Shown: one piece after another, positions 45,588-54,911 of the stretch
Layout: every line of letters starts with the position of its first letter
How positions within the stretch are numbered: position 1 is the first letter of the stretch
Assembly: GCA_016839625.1 (NCBI GenBank)
Contig: JAEOTY010000022.1
Coordinates: 1 to 60,501 of the forward strand
Direction: 5' to 3'
Length of the DNA: 60,501 nucleotides
From: Candidatus Hodarchaeota archaeon
GTDB taxonomy: Archaea > Asgardarchaeota > Heimdallarchaeia > Hodarchaeales > Hodarchaeaceae
Made by a program: the position numbers and the translations under genes
Notes under the pieces: model-generated
Seen by the model: the letters and a program-made list of their open reading frames with translations, nothing else
The model's database searches: none
Told to the model about the DNA's origin: nothing

Positions 45588-46283
45588 TTGTCAGATATTC
45601 CGAATTGTTTAAAGGAATTACGTTCAATCCTTCAGAATGATTCCCGTTTGATCGTCGATCTTCCAGAAGGTTTTCAACGGGCAGCAGTATTAATCCCTCT
45701 CATTTATCGGGAGAATGGTTGGGCTATCGTTTTCACACGTCGAACTGAAACTGTGTCTCATCATAAAAAGGAAATCTCTTTCCCTGGAGGAAGACATGAA
45801 GACCAGGATAGAGATTTAATTCATACTGCTTTAAGAGAAATTCATGAGGAAGTAGGTATTCAAAAGATTCATGTAATTGGTTTACTTGATGATCTTTTAA
45901 CAATAAGCAAATATGTTGTTACACCAGTTGTAGGATTCATTGAGGATAATAGTGAGGTTGATCAAAATCAAATCAACGTTCCTGAAATCGATTATGTTCT
46001 GGAAGCCCCGATCTCAGATCTAGTTCTTCCAGACCATTTTTCAATAAGAGAAATGACATATCAAGAGAGTTTTAAGTTCCAAGTTCCATTTTTTGATTAT
46101 TTTGGAGAAATCATCTGGGGAGCAACTGGTAGAATTCTAGTGACCCTTCTGAAGAAATTCAACTTATTAAATCCAGAGTGTCGGTTAAAGTTGATGGAAC
46201 AAGATTTATGGGCAGAAAACGGTGATATCGACTATGGTTTGGACTATTTAGATAATGTTCAGGGTTTTTTTAAGAAAGAATAG
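45588..46283 (+). CDS. Nudix hydrolase, CoA pyrophosphatase-like
   Basis: The Nudix box is GGRHEDQDRDLIHTALREIHEEVGI. The upstream RAAVLIPL is typical of the NudL/NUDT7 subgroup. Confidence 0.8.
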   Translation: MSDIPNCLKELRSILQNDSRLIVDLPEGFQRAAVLIPLIYRENGWAIVFTRRTETVSHHKKEISFPGGRHEDQDRDLIHTALREIHEEVGIQKIHVIGLLDDLLTISKYVVTPVVGFIEDNSEVDQNQINVPEIDYVLEAPISDLVLPDHFSIREMTYQESFKFQVPFFDYFGEIIWGATGRILVTLLKKFNLLNPECRLKLMEQDLWAENGDIDYGLDYLDNVQGFFKKE

Positions 46284-46382
46284 CTTTCTTCCTTTTTGAA
46301 TATAACCTGAGCCTAACATTCAATATTGAAGCATTGTAAATCATTATAATGATTGTTTCTCTGGATCTTACAATTTATTTTT

Positions 46383-47711
46383 TTATGATTTCAAGCTCTT
46401 AGCTTGCACTTCATCGTAAATTTCTTTTATAGTGTCAAAGGTTACTTTTAATTTTCGTTGTGATATTATTTCGACGATTTGATCGATTAATGCCCCTTTT
46501 GCGCCTAACGAGGCTGCTAGATTTCGAGCATGTAGTTTCATATGTCCTGCTTGAATACCAACAGTAGCTAAAGCTCGAAGTGCCCCAAAATTTTGCGCCA
46601 ATCCAACTGCAGCCATAATTTCTGCAAGCTTGAGAGCTCCTCCAGGAACGCTTAATCCTAAAATCTTGAAAGAAATTTGAGCTAGAGGATGAATGCGAGC
46701 GACTCCTCCTACTAAACCAACAGCAAGAGGAATTTCTATCGTCCCTACTAAATCTCCAATAGTATCTTTTTCCCAAGTTGTCAAAGAGGAATATTTACCA
46801 GATTTTTTTACTGCAGCGTATGTGTGAGCACCTGCTTCGATCGCTCTCCAATCTTGTGCAGTAGCAATAGCGACAGCATCTATCCCGTTCATAATACCTT
46901 TGTTATGAGTACTACATCTATAAGGGTCTGCTTCTGCAAAAGCATATGCGTTAAGAATACCATCGATAACTTCCTCTCCTTTCATCTCTTTTGTTTCGAG
47001 CTCACTCGCTTTAAAAGTTGCTCTTACTCTTACTAAACGCCGATCTGCAAGGTTCGATATTATTCTTAAAAGGGCTTGGCCATCTGTAATCCTTTCTAGT
47101 AGAGGAGCAACGGCCTCATTCATTGTATTAACAGCATTCGCCCCCATTGCATCCCTAACATCCACAAAAAGTTCTACAATAACCATGGCTCCTTGTATTG
47201 CGCTTTGTAATACTTTCACGTTTATTCCGTGACATCCTCCTCCAAATTTGATTAAGATAGGATCCTGTTTATTTGCCAGCTGTACTATTTCTTGCTCATG
47301 CTCTAGAATTTTCTCCCGAGCGTTATTAGGATCAAGAACGTTGATAATCTGAATTTGACCAATCATAATTGGTGGTGTGGAACTAGTGAAAAATCCACCT
47401 TCAACGCGAGCAATTTTTGCAGAGTTTGATGCTGCTGCTACTACTGAGGCTTCTTCTACAGCCATAGGTATTAAATAATCCACACCATCGATAGTAAAAT
47501 TTGTAGCGATACCTAAAGGAATCTGCATGACTCCAATGGTATTTTCTATATAATGTCCTTGACCTGCTTTATCTAAAATATTAGTAGACTCTTTTAGATA
47601 ATCTATTTCGTCTTGATTTAAGTTGCAAAGCTTTTGGATCATATTCTGACGTTGTTCAGGACTCATTTTAAAGAATCCAGGAATTCGTGAGCTTATTTTC
47701 TGTTCACTCAT
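46383..47711 (-). CDS. hmgA: HMG-CoA reductase, class II
   Basis: ENTIGVMQIPLGIATNFTIDGVDYLIPMAVEEASVVAAASNSAK, VRDAMGANAVNTMNE, GLVGG and GHMKLHARN. This is the class II (Pseudomonas mevalonii/Archaeoglobus type) pattern, not the class I ATTEG pattern. Confidence 0.9.
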   Translation of the reverse strand: MSEQKISSRIPGFFKMSPEQRQNMIQKLCNLNQDEIDYLKESTNILDKAGQGHYIENTIGVMQIPLGIATNFTIDGVDYLIPMAVEEASVVAAASNSAKIARVEGGFFTSSTPPIMIGQIQIINVLDPNNAREKILEHEQEIVQLANKQDPILIKFGGGCHGINVKVLQSAIQGAMVIVELFVDVRDAMGANAVNTMNEAVAPLLERITDGQALLRIISNLADRRLVRVRATFKASELETKEMKGEEVIDGILNAYAFAEADPYRCSTHNKGIMNGIDAVAIATAQDWRAIEAGAHTYAAVKKSGKYSSLTTWEKDTIGDLVGTIEIPLAVGLVGGVARIHPLAQISFKILGLSVPGGALKLAEIMAAVGLAQNFGALRALATVGIQAGHMKLHARNLAASLGAKGALIDQIVEIISQRKLKVTFDTIKEIYDEVQAKSLKS

Positions 47712-47913
47712 ATTAAAGCTTCCAATTTCTTTTTTTATGGAAAACTATTACATTTCGGTAAAAATATGATTATTTCAAATTATTAAAATCCATTTTCTTG
47801 AGCATTTCGTTTTGCTATCCCTCCATTTTTCTGAAAAAAATTGTAGATAGGAAGCTTGGATTTTAGATTGGACGCAAAAATCGCTAAAATTCAAGAGAAA
47901 TTGAACGATAACT

Positions 47914-48804
47914 TCACTGTTCCATGTTAAGTCCAATAAATGTCTTGTCAGGGCATGTAAAATAGATAGAATTGCCTGCTGGGATTGGAATACTCAGATC
48001 ATCTAATGCCATGATTGAACTAGCATCAGGTTTTATATAAATTACAAGAATCGGTTTTGCTGTCTTACAACTAGTAGTTTTTGTTTTCTTTGGGACACTA
48101 TAAAAGGCAATTCTGCCTCCTTGAGATGCTGTTGAAATATGAAGAGTAGACATTACAAAGTCTTCGTTTGAAGCTTGGAAGAGAATCTTAGCCTTAGTTT
48201 CAGTTACCATAGTGTTTTCTTCCCTGTGAAAATATGTTTTATCAAGTCTTTTTGGTTTAATTGGTGCTGCTAGTTGTTCAACTTTTGGTTCAGGAGCAGA
48301 AGGAGGAAGAGGTGCTTCTATCGCAGAAATCGTCTTTTCATCTATGAACTTTGATTTTGTAGATGCCACTTTCTTTAGTGTACTTGGATGAGTGATTACT
48401 TGTGCTGGTTGGGGGTCGGGCAGGTCAGTAGAAAATGATGGAGGTGAAACCTCCAGAAGCGCTTCAGCCTCAATTCTCTTCCCACTAAGAGAATTCATAA
48501 AGTCCCTGAATCTAGCTGTTTCATTTCCTTGTTCTTCTGTTGAGACGCGGTGTGTTAGACCTTTTTCCATCCTCATTTGACGGGCGATCTGTGACGAGAT
48601 AAACCGTTTCCTAACATTCGAATTAGATCCTGTCCAAATGAAAATTTGTCGATCCTCATCATTTACAAAAATCAGGACTTCGGAGTCCCTTAAATCTTCT
48701 TCAGGGGAGGTGAATGTAACTGGAACATATTCTCCATCCATCGATGGTACAAAAACATGTACTTGCTGTTCGCTCATTTTGATGCCTTCTAAAAGAATTA
48801 TCAC
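47914..48804 (-). CDS. Gelsolin-domain protein with an uncharacterised C-terminal domain
   Basis: The N-terminal about 100 aa read LRDSEVLIFVNDEDRQIFIWTGSNSNVRKRFISSQIARQMRMEKGLTHRVSTEEQGNETARFRDFM. This follows the gelsolin-repeat pattern (D.fIL....iy.W.G..s...e...a...A......g...v.eg.E...F...F). A Pro-rich linker and a beta-rich domain follow. Confidence 0.55.
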   Translation of the reverse strand: MIILLEGIKMSEQQVHVFVPSMDGEYVPVTFTSPEEDLRDSEVLIFVNDEDRQIFIWTGSNSNVRKRFISSQIARQMRMEKGLTHRVSTEEQGNETARFRDFMNSLSGKRIEAEALLEVSPPSFSTDLPDPQPAQVITHPSTLKKVASTKSKFIDEKTISAIEAPLPPSAPEPKVEQLAAPIKPKRLDKTYFHREENTMVTETKAKILFQASNEDFVMSTLHISTASQGGRIAFYSVPKKTKTTSCKTAKPILVIYIKPDASSIMALDDLSIPIPAGNSIYFTCPDKTFIGLNMEQ

Positions 48805-49130
48805 ATTTTCTCTCTTTAATGTTTTGAATCACATGGTCATTTTGTGATTATATTCAAGAGGAGAAATTTTACTTGAAACTAGCTCAATTGTGGACTAAAA
48901 TGAATAATTCGGTTAGATATTTGTTTGAAAACCACACGTTCGATATAAAAATGTTTACTAATACATTGTACGTTTGAATATTGCGATTAACATGGTACAA
49001 ACAGTGCTTGAGTATTTAGCACGAAAGCAATCACAAAGTTTATATTAGGCTATTAAAAGCCAAGGTTCGATTTGTACAAAGAGTTATTTGATTTGTACAA
49101 GGTTTTACTTAAGTAACTGAACCTATATGT

Positions 49131-49232
49131 GCGGAGGTACCAAAGTGGCTATAAATCTGGGATTAACAGTCTTATTGGCTAAGGAGCAGCCTGCAAAGCT
49201 GTCTTACGCGTGTTCGAATCACGCCCTCCGCT
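49131..49232 (+). tRNA. tRNA-Cys (anticodon GCA) with a 30-nt insert in the D-arm
   Basis: Acceptor GCGGAGG (49131-37) pairs with CCTCCGC (49225-31), with discriminator U at 49232. T arm is GCGTG-TTCGAAT-CACGC (49208-24). Anticodon arm is GCAGC-CTGCAAA-GCTGT (49186-202) and the variable loop is CTTAC. Removing 49142-49171 gives D arm CCTT-ATTGGCT-AAGG and a 72-nt cloverleaf. Confidence 0.85.
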
Positions 49233-49342
49233 ATTTCCTTTTATCTGATTCTAAGTTGGAAAATTGTTAATTTCCTCTGACCTTGGATGTTTGTAAAAAT
49301 AATCTCGATAAATATAAAATTTTAGCTTCGGAGTAACAATCT

Positions 49343-51145
49343 ATGTCTGCTACTCTATTTGATGTTGTTGTAATAGATACGAATTTTTTTATCTCCTTGT
49401 TAAATGCAGGTGTTTCAGACACCCTATTACCCAATCTACAAAAAATTGCAGGATCAGTTGGGATGGAAGTTATGGTTCCAGATGAAATCCCGAAATCAGA
49501 TATACCAGGACGATTTCGTGAATTGCGGAGCAGTATCCCCAAATATATACGATTAGAACGTGTTAATCGTGCGTCAAATCTATGGAATCAAACCGCAAGG
49601 TATGCAATTCAAGAACGAATGGTTCGGGTAAGAGATGATCCAGCAGATATTGATGTTGTGATTTTAGCAAAGAAATTTACTCTCAAGGATAATAATAAAG
49701 TCGCCTTAGTATCGGATGATGAGGGAGTGGCACGAATCGTTAAGGAAAATCGTGTTTTCAAAGGAATCGAACATCTATCTTGTGGATCTTTTGTGTCAAT
49801 CCTAGCTGCAGCAGTAGTAGATCCTGAAATGCGGAAGATTCTAGATAAGACTGTTGAACGAGTATTTCATGCTTCTTGGAGTTATAAGAAAAAAACACGA
49901 CGTTACATTGATGTTGCCATGTTGATTAGTGATTTAACTGATACTGCGCGTTTTGTTCGATCTGCTGCTCAAGTTGGAACAGAGAGTACAATAGCTGAGA
50001 TCAAAGAAAAGAAAGTTCCTCCTCCTACGAAAGAACTAGAAATTTTAACTCCTGAAGACGCTCTGATTGTCTCCCAGCAATTAGTTATTAAAGCAAGAGA
50101 AACAAGGGAAAGTTATAACATTCAGGAAGCAGAACGGATGCTTCTCGAAATCTTGGCTAAAAGCTCTGAGTTAATTTATTCTATAGATGACCTCGAACAG
50201 CGAGTGATTGTTGAACGTATGCTCCGTTCAGAATTATTTGAGCATCATAGTTGGCTCCTAGACTTTAAATTAACGCGAAATCAAATTGTTGAAGCGTTAG
50301 TTCATGCTGAAGCTTGTCGTGTGTTCATGAATTTTATTTCTGTTGGTAATGAAGCAATTGAGAACTTACTTTCACTTCAAGGATTATTATTTCTATTATT
50401 AGGACAATATAAACAAGCTCTTAGTCTATTCGAATCTGTTCCTTCTATAGATCCTGATATGCATCCAACTCAGCTTCTTGGATTGACTGTTTCCTTAATT
50501 GCTAATGGACAACCAAATGAAGCAATTTTGCTCCTCAAGCGAAACCCTGAGCTCTTAGATGGCATGATAAGTTCTATGCACACGTATGCAAATGATTTAT
50601 ACTCTCATGACCAACACGAATTAGCGATTGCGATCCTTAAAACGATTGTGAAGAATTTTGGTGATCGAGAGGACGTTTATCGTTCTATCAAACGGTTATT
50701 TATTTTAACACGTCTTCGACCAGATTTAGTGGAGGTCGAGTTAAAAATTCTCAAAATTTTTAAACAGAAGTTAAAAGAAGAAGGGAAAGATTTAACTCGA
50801 AGAAGTTTTCCTGTAGGTTGGCAAAAGATACTCCCTCTTGAAATTTCTGCTGCTGAAAATGAAGAACCTGCTGAACAGTTCAAAGGATTTTACCATATTC
50901 TCAATTTGTCAAAGGATCATGAACGAAATGAATTAAACGTCATTGTATGGAATGAGAGCAATAACTCAACATGGAAGCTTGTTTTTGACGAAGCGTATAA
51001 ACCTGCTTTAGAAGAAAGTGTGAAGATTAAAATTACCTCGGGAACTGTTGTCAAAATCCATCCGGCTAAGAAAAGAGATGTTTATCGGGGTACAATTGTT
51101 TTTGACAATCCAGCGATTCAGCCTGAATTAGTTAAACCTTGGTAA
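49343..51145 (+). CDS. PIN-domain protein with a long helical (TPR-like) extension
   Basis: N-terminal FDVVVIDTNFFISLL, then PADIDVVILA and VALVSDDEGVARI give PIN acidic residues in the canonical order. The remaining about 450 aa are helical. Length 600 aa. Confidence 0.6.
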   Translation: MSATLFDVVVIDTNFFISLLNAGVSDTLLPNLQKIAGSVGMEVMVPDEIPKSDIPGRFRELRSSIPKYIRLERVNRASNLWNQTARYAIQERMVRVRDDPADIDVVILAKKFTLKDNNKVALVSDDEGVARIVKENRVFKGIEHLSCGSFVSILAAAVVDPEMRKILDKTVERVFHASWSYKKKTRRYIDVAMLISDLTDTARFVRSAAQVGTESTIAEIKEKKVPPPTKELEILTPEDALIVSQQLVIKARETRESYNIQEAERMLLEILAKSSELIYSIDDLEQRVIVERMLRSELFEHHSWLLDFKLTRNQIVEALVHAEACRVFMNFISVGNEAIENLLSLQGLLFLLLGQYKQALSLFESVPSIDPDMHPTQLLGLTVSLIANGQPNEAILLLKRNPELLDGMISSMHTYANDLYSHDQHELAIAILKTIVKNFGDREDVYRSIKRLFILTRLRPDLVEVELKILKIFKQKLKEEGKDLTRRSFPVGWQKILPLEISAAENEEPAEQFKGFYHILNLSKDHERNELNVIVWNESNNSTWKLVFDEAYKPALEESVKIKITSGTVVKIHPAKKRDVYRGTIVFDNPAIQPELVKPW

Positions 51146-51155
51146 AGGCACATGG

Positions 51156-52205
51156 TTAAACCATGGTGAAATCGACATCATGCCATGTCTCTTTGATTTG
51201 CTTTACTTCAAATTGGATCGAGCTTTTTTCAAGAAATTCAGTGAGGCCCTCTGAAATAGGTGGAAAAAATTGATTACAATCCATTATTAAAGACGAAATC
51301 CACTCTGGTTTTATCATTTCAAAGTATTTATTCCAAATGACAAGGTTTGGACTAGAAATATTTGTAATTTCTTTTACATTTCTATGGGGGATGGTAGGTA
51401 GCCATGGATTATCATTATCTTGTTCAATCAATGCTTGTAAACATATTTTGGAGGGTGATGCGGCAACTATTACTTCTTTCGATTGCATTTGAAAGAGTTT
51501 AGCTATCGTCGCAGAACCAATCTTATTGAGAACTAATCCATTGTGAATCAGGTCAGCTCCTAGAACAGCTATTTCTGCGTTTTCCGAGAACTCATTAATA
51601 GCAAAATCGATGCCTAAATGAGTTTTCCTGAAACCAGCATTTGCCAGAGAATACGCAGTTCTTTCACCTTCTTTTAAAGGTCTGGATTCTAAAACATATA
51701 TCTCCTTATCCGTGTAACCTTCCCCTGCTAGTTGTAATAAGGCAGTAATTATAGTAGATGAATGAGAAAAGGTGAGAAGCGAATCTTTATCTTTTAAAGT
51801 ATTAACAAGTGTATTAATGGTGTTCTTTTCTCCAATTCTCATTTGTTCTAGACGAGTTGCGAAAATTAATTCGATTATAGCTTTAGGATCCTCATCCCTA
51901 ATATTGTTTGGAGTTGTGAGTCGAGTTAATCGCGAATAAACAGGGAATAGAGCACTTTCAATCGTTGCCATGGGATGAGTATCAAGTAACAGTTTAATTC
52001 CAGTTTTTAGTATTTGTCTGTCGAGTTTATTTTCAAATCGAAGACATTCCCTTTTTAAAGCTGTCAGACATTTTTCTGCAATCTTTGCAGCACCACTATG
52101 TGTGTCTTTGTGGATTATTTCAACCTCTTTCAGAAAAGATTTTGATAACATATTAACCCCATTGATGAAATTGCAATATATTTCTGGTGAAGAGCCTGAA
52201 CTCAC
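51156..52205 (-). CDS. eIF-2B alpha/beta/delta-family protein (sugar-phosphate isomerase-like: R15P or MTR-1-P isomerase family)
   Basis: GADLIHNGLVLNKIGSATIAKLFQMQSKEVIVAASPSKI matches the family core GAD.i..nG.v.NKiG(T/S)..iA. Length 349 aa. Confidence 0.7.
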   Translation of the reverse strand: MSSGSSPEIYCNFINGVNMLSKSFLKEVEIIHKDTHSGAAKIAEKCLTALKRECLRFENKLDRQILKTGIKLLLDTHPMATIESALFPVYSRLTRLTTPNNIRDEDPKAIIELIFATRLEQMRIGEKNTINTLVNTLKDKDSLLTFSHSSTIITALLQLAGEGYTDKEIYVLESRPLKEGERTAYSLANAGFRKTHLGIDFAINEFSENAEIAVLGADLIHNGLVLNKIGSATIAKLFQMQSKEVIVAASPSKICLQALIEQDNDNPWLPTIPHRNVKEITNISSPNLVIWNKYFEMIKPEWISSLIMDCNQFFPPISEGLTEFLEKSSIQFEVKQIKETWHDVDFTMV

Positions 52206-52321
52206 AACATCTGATTATCTCAATTCTCTACCAGCATTTAAATAGTAACATTAATTTAACTGAAAATTATTTCAGTCTGATTCTCGTAAAATTATAAGGA
52301 TCTTTGACCATTTCTACAAAA

Positions 52322-53014
52322 TCAATGATTCATCTGTTTTCTCGTATGAACTAAGGTGTAATTCTTTGCTAGCTTTCCTAGCTCTTGTGCTTGCTTTGCA
52401 TTTAGATGGTAAGATGATTGATGGTTCAACACATTTGTTGCTTCAATGTAAGCATGTGTTGCATCTTTCAGAAAATTGTGAAGATTTTCATTCATTCCTG
52501 TGTCCCCAGTAAAAACCAACCATTTTTCTTCCTTTCTATAAATTGCGAAGCCCATAGCTGGTATTTCAGGTAACATTCCATGAGAGAGGGTAGATCCCAT
52601 ATGGGTCATTTGATACGTGATTACTCTAACCTCCTCCGTGACAATGATTTCATCCCGGGGCTGTAGTTCAGAAATATTCAATTTAAAGGGAATAGTATCG
52701 GAATATGAAGAAAGGAACAATTTTATTAGCCCATTTATTTCATGGGAATCTGCTGGATAGAAGATGTTTACTGGTAACGTTTGTCCGATCATTCTTAAAA
52801 ATCCCAATAATGAAAATAATCCTCCACAGTGATCATAATGGCCATGAGTAAGAAGTATAAACAGAGGAACTGATGTCGGAAAAGATATCCCCTCCTTAAG
52901 CAAATCTCGGACGATACCGTCACCTGTATCTAGTAAGATCATCATCTTCTCAGGGTCATGAATTAGGATCTGTGTAGCAATTCCTGCGTGAGAGTATAGG
53001 ACCTTGTGATGCAT
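52322..53014 (-). CDS. MBL-fold metallo-hydrolase
   Basis: LLTHGHYDHCGG (HxHxDH motif). Length 230 aa. Confidence 0.8.
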   Translation of the reverse strand: MHHKVLYSHAGIATQILIHDPEKMMILLDTGDGIVRDLLKEGISFPTSVPLFILLTHGHYDHCGGLFSLLGFLRMIGQTLPVNIFYPADSHEINGLIKLFLSSYSDTIPFKLNISELQPRDEIIVTEEVRVITYQMTHMGSTLSHGMLPEIPAMGFAIYRKEEKWLVFTGDTGMNENLHNFLKDATHAYIEATNVLNHQSSYHLNAKQAQELGKLAKNYTLVHTRKQMNH

Positions 53015-53046
53015 TTTATTGACCTAATTTTGAAATATAATCCAAA

Positions 53047-54132
53047 TCAAACATTTTCCTCATCAGGAAAAGAGTTCCAATTTAAGAGGGTTTCAATTAA
53101 TTGACAACGAAGAATTACTTCATTCTTGATGCCAGATTCACCACCAAAAAGGTCACCCATATCTTGAATGTTTAGTATGCTCATTAAGACCATTAATGCC
53201 AAGTGAAAATTCACAGGTAGATATGTTCCATAATATTTTGCAAGAGAAGACTGTTCATGAGCTAAGACTTCACTATATCCAGATAAAAAGGATTTCATGT
53301 TCATTCGGAATTTTTTCAAAGTTTTATCATGTCGATATTGATCTACTGCTTCTACCGCAAAGAAATTGCAGATATCTTCTAAACGATCGTGCTCAGTAGA
53401 CGTGTCTAGATATTCAGGGTCTATAAGGTGTGTTCTTATCATTGGTTTCTGCCCGATTCTAACATCAAAAATTAAATTCCCAGGATGAAAATCTCCAAAG
53501 CTAACGGATCCAGAAAACTGGGAAACCTGTTCAGCAAGAGGTAAAACTTGTTGAAAGAGATTTTTAAGAGCATTCTTTGAATCCTCTGCTAAAGGAATGT
53601 TTTCCATACTTCTTGTTAATAATAATTTATATTTATCAAACCAACAACGATCTGATTTTGTACCATGAAATGCTGCAAGGCCTCTTCCAGCAAATCGGTA
53701 TTTTTGAGGCCGAGGAATCTTGGATTCACGAAATACATCACCCTGAATTCCCTCCATCACTACAACATTTCTTGAGAAGAAAATGACTGCTGCGGATGAA
53801 ATCCCAAGAGAAGTATCATATTGTGAAAGGCGATTCTGCAAAATATTAATTCTTTTGACTACTTCCAAGGCTGATTCTTGTTCCTCATAAATTTTCACAG
53901 CTATACTTGCATCATCAGCTCCTAGATCTGAATCAAGTTGAACCTTGACAATATGGATTCCTGTAGTCCCTAATTTTCGTTCTACTGCTATATTTCGGAC
54001 ATTAATTTCCGTGGGACTTTGATGGTAGGATTTTTCAATGCTAGAGGCAAAATAGTCAGAAAATCCTTCAATTATTTTCATTAAAACAACTTTTAACCGA
54101 TTTTGGTGGGAGTCACTCATGTTAGCCTTCAC
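53047..54132 (-). CDS. Protein-kinase-like fold phosphotransferase (APH/ChoK/MtnK-like)
   Basis: VSFGDFHPGNLIF (catalytic-loop-like H.D.HpgN) and HLIDPEY (DxE/DFG-equivalent). Length 361 aa. Confidence 0.6.
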   Translation of the reverse strand: MKANMSDSHQNRLKVVLMKIIEGFSDYFASSIEKSYHQSPTEINVRNIAVERKLGTTGIHIVKVQLDSDLGADDASIAVKIYEEQESALEVVKRINILQNRLSQYDTSLGISSAAVIFFSRNVVVMEGIQGDVFRESKIPRPQKYRFAGRGLAAFHGTKSDRCWFDKYKLLLTRSMENIPLAEDSKNALKNLFQQVLPLAEQVSQFSGSVSFGDFHPGNLIFDVRIGQKPMIRTHLIDPEYLDTSTEHDRLEDICNFFAVEAVDQYRHDKTLKKFRMNMKSFLSGYSEVLAHEQSSLAKYYGTYLPVNFHLALMVLMSILNIQDMGDLFGGESGIKNEVILRCQLIETLLNWNSFPDEENV

Positions 54133-54280
54133 TTGAATAATTAACGCTAATAAATTTATTTCAATTAAATTTGAAAAAAGGTATATAGGTGTAAAATATT
54201 CCTAGACTGATTTGTTTCTTCAAAAAAATCACTAAATCGGTTTTTTTATATACAAAAATTCAATATGGTGAAAATCAATA

Positions 54281-54826
54281 ATGATACTTTCGTACCAAGA
54301 TATTATAGCAGCTATCGAGGCTAAAGAGATTAGTATTTCTCCTTTTGATAAATCTGCTGTAGGACCGTGTTCCATTGACCTTAAACTGGGGGATACATTT
54401 TTAGTATTTCACCATGGCAGGCTGTTCCGACCAAACGATCGGAAGGCTATATTAAAGAACTCAGAGATTTTTCAAATTGAAAAAGATGAAACGTTCTTGT
54501 TGTCACCAAACCAATTTGTCTTAGCTTCCACCCTTGAAAGAATTTCTATATCAAAGAATTATGCTGCCACCCTAGAAGGAAAATCTTCCATCGCTCGTCT
54601 AGGAATAGTTGTTCAGGCAGCAGGTTTAGTTAATCCAGGTACAGGAATAAAAAAGCCTTCCACCTTGACTCTCGAAATCGCTCATCGTGCGAACTCACCC
54701 GTTGAATTAAGCCCAGGCATGCCAATAATTCAAATAATATTTCATCAATTAACTTCAAAGGCCACTGTTGGATACGATGATCGAGAAAAGAGTATGTACA
54801 TAGGTCTCGGTGAACCTAGGGTCTAG
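54281..54826 (+). CDS. dcd: dCTP deaminase
   Basis: MILSYQDIIAAIEAKEISISPFDKSAVGPCSIDLKLGDTF, LEGKSSIARLGIVV and LTLEIAHRANSPVELSPGMPIIQIIF. Length 181 aa. Confidence 0.85.
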   Translation: MILSYQDIIAAIEAKEISISPFDKSAVGPCSIDLKLGDTFLVFHHGRLFRPNDRKAILKNSEIFQIEKDETFLLSPNQFVLASTLERISISKNYAATLEGKSSIARLGIVVQAAGLVNPGTGIKKPSTLTLEIAHRANSPVELSPGMPIIQIIFHQLTSKATVGYDDREKSMYIGLGEPRV

Positions 54827-54911
54827 ATTAAGGTTGTACATGAATTAAACCAATAAAAAAGGTTAAATAATTAAAATCAAATGTTGACGATGATTTTCTT
54901 TCTGGATGAAA

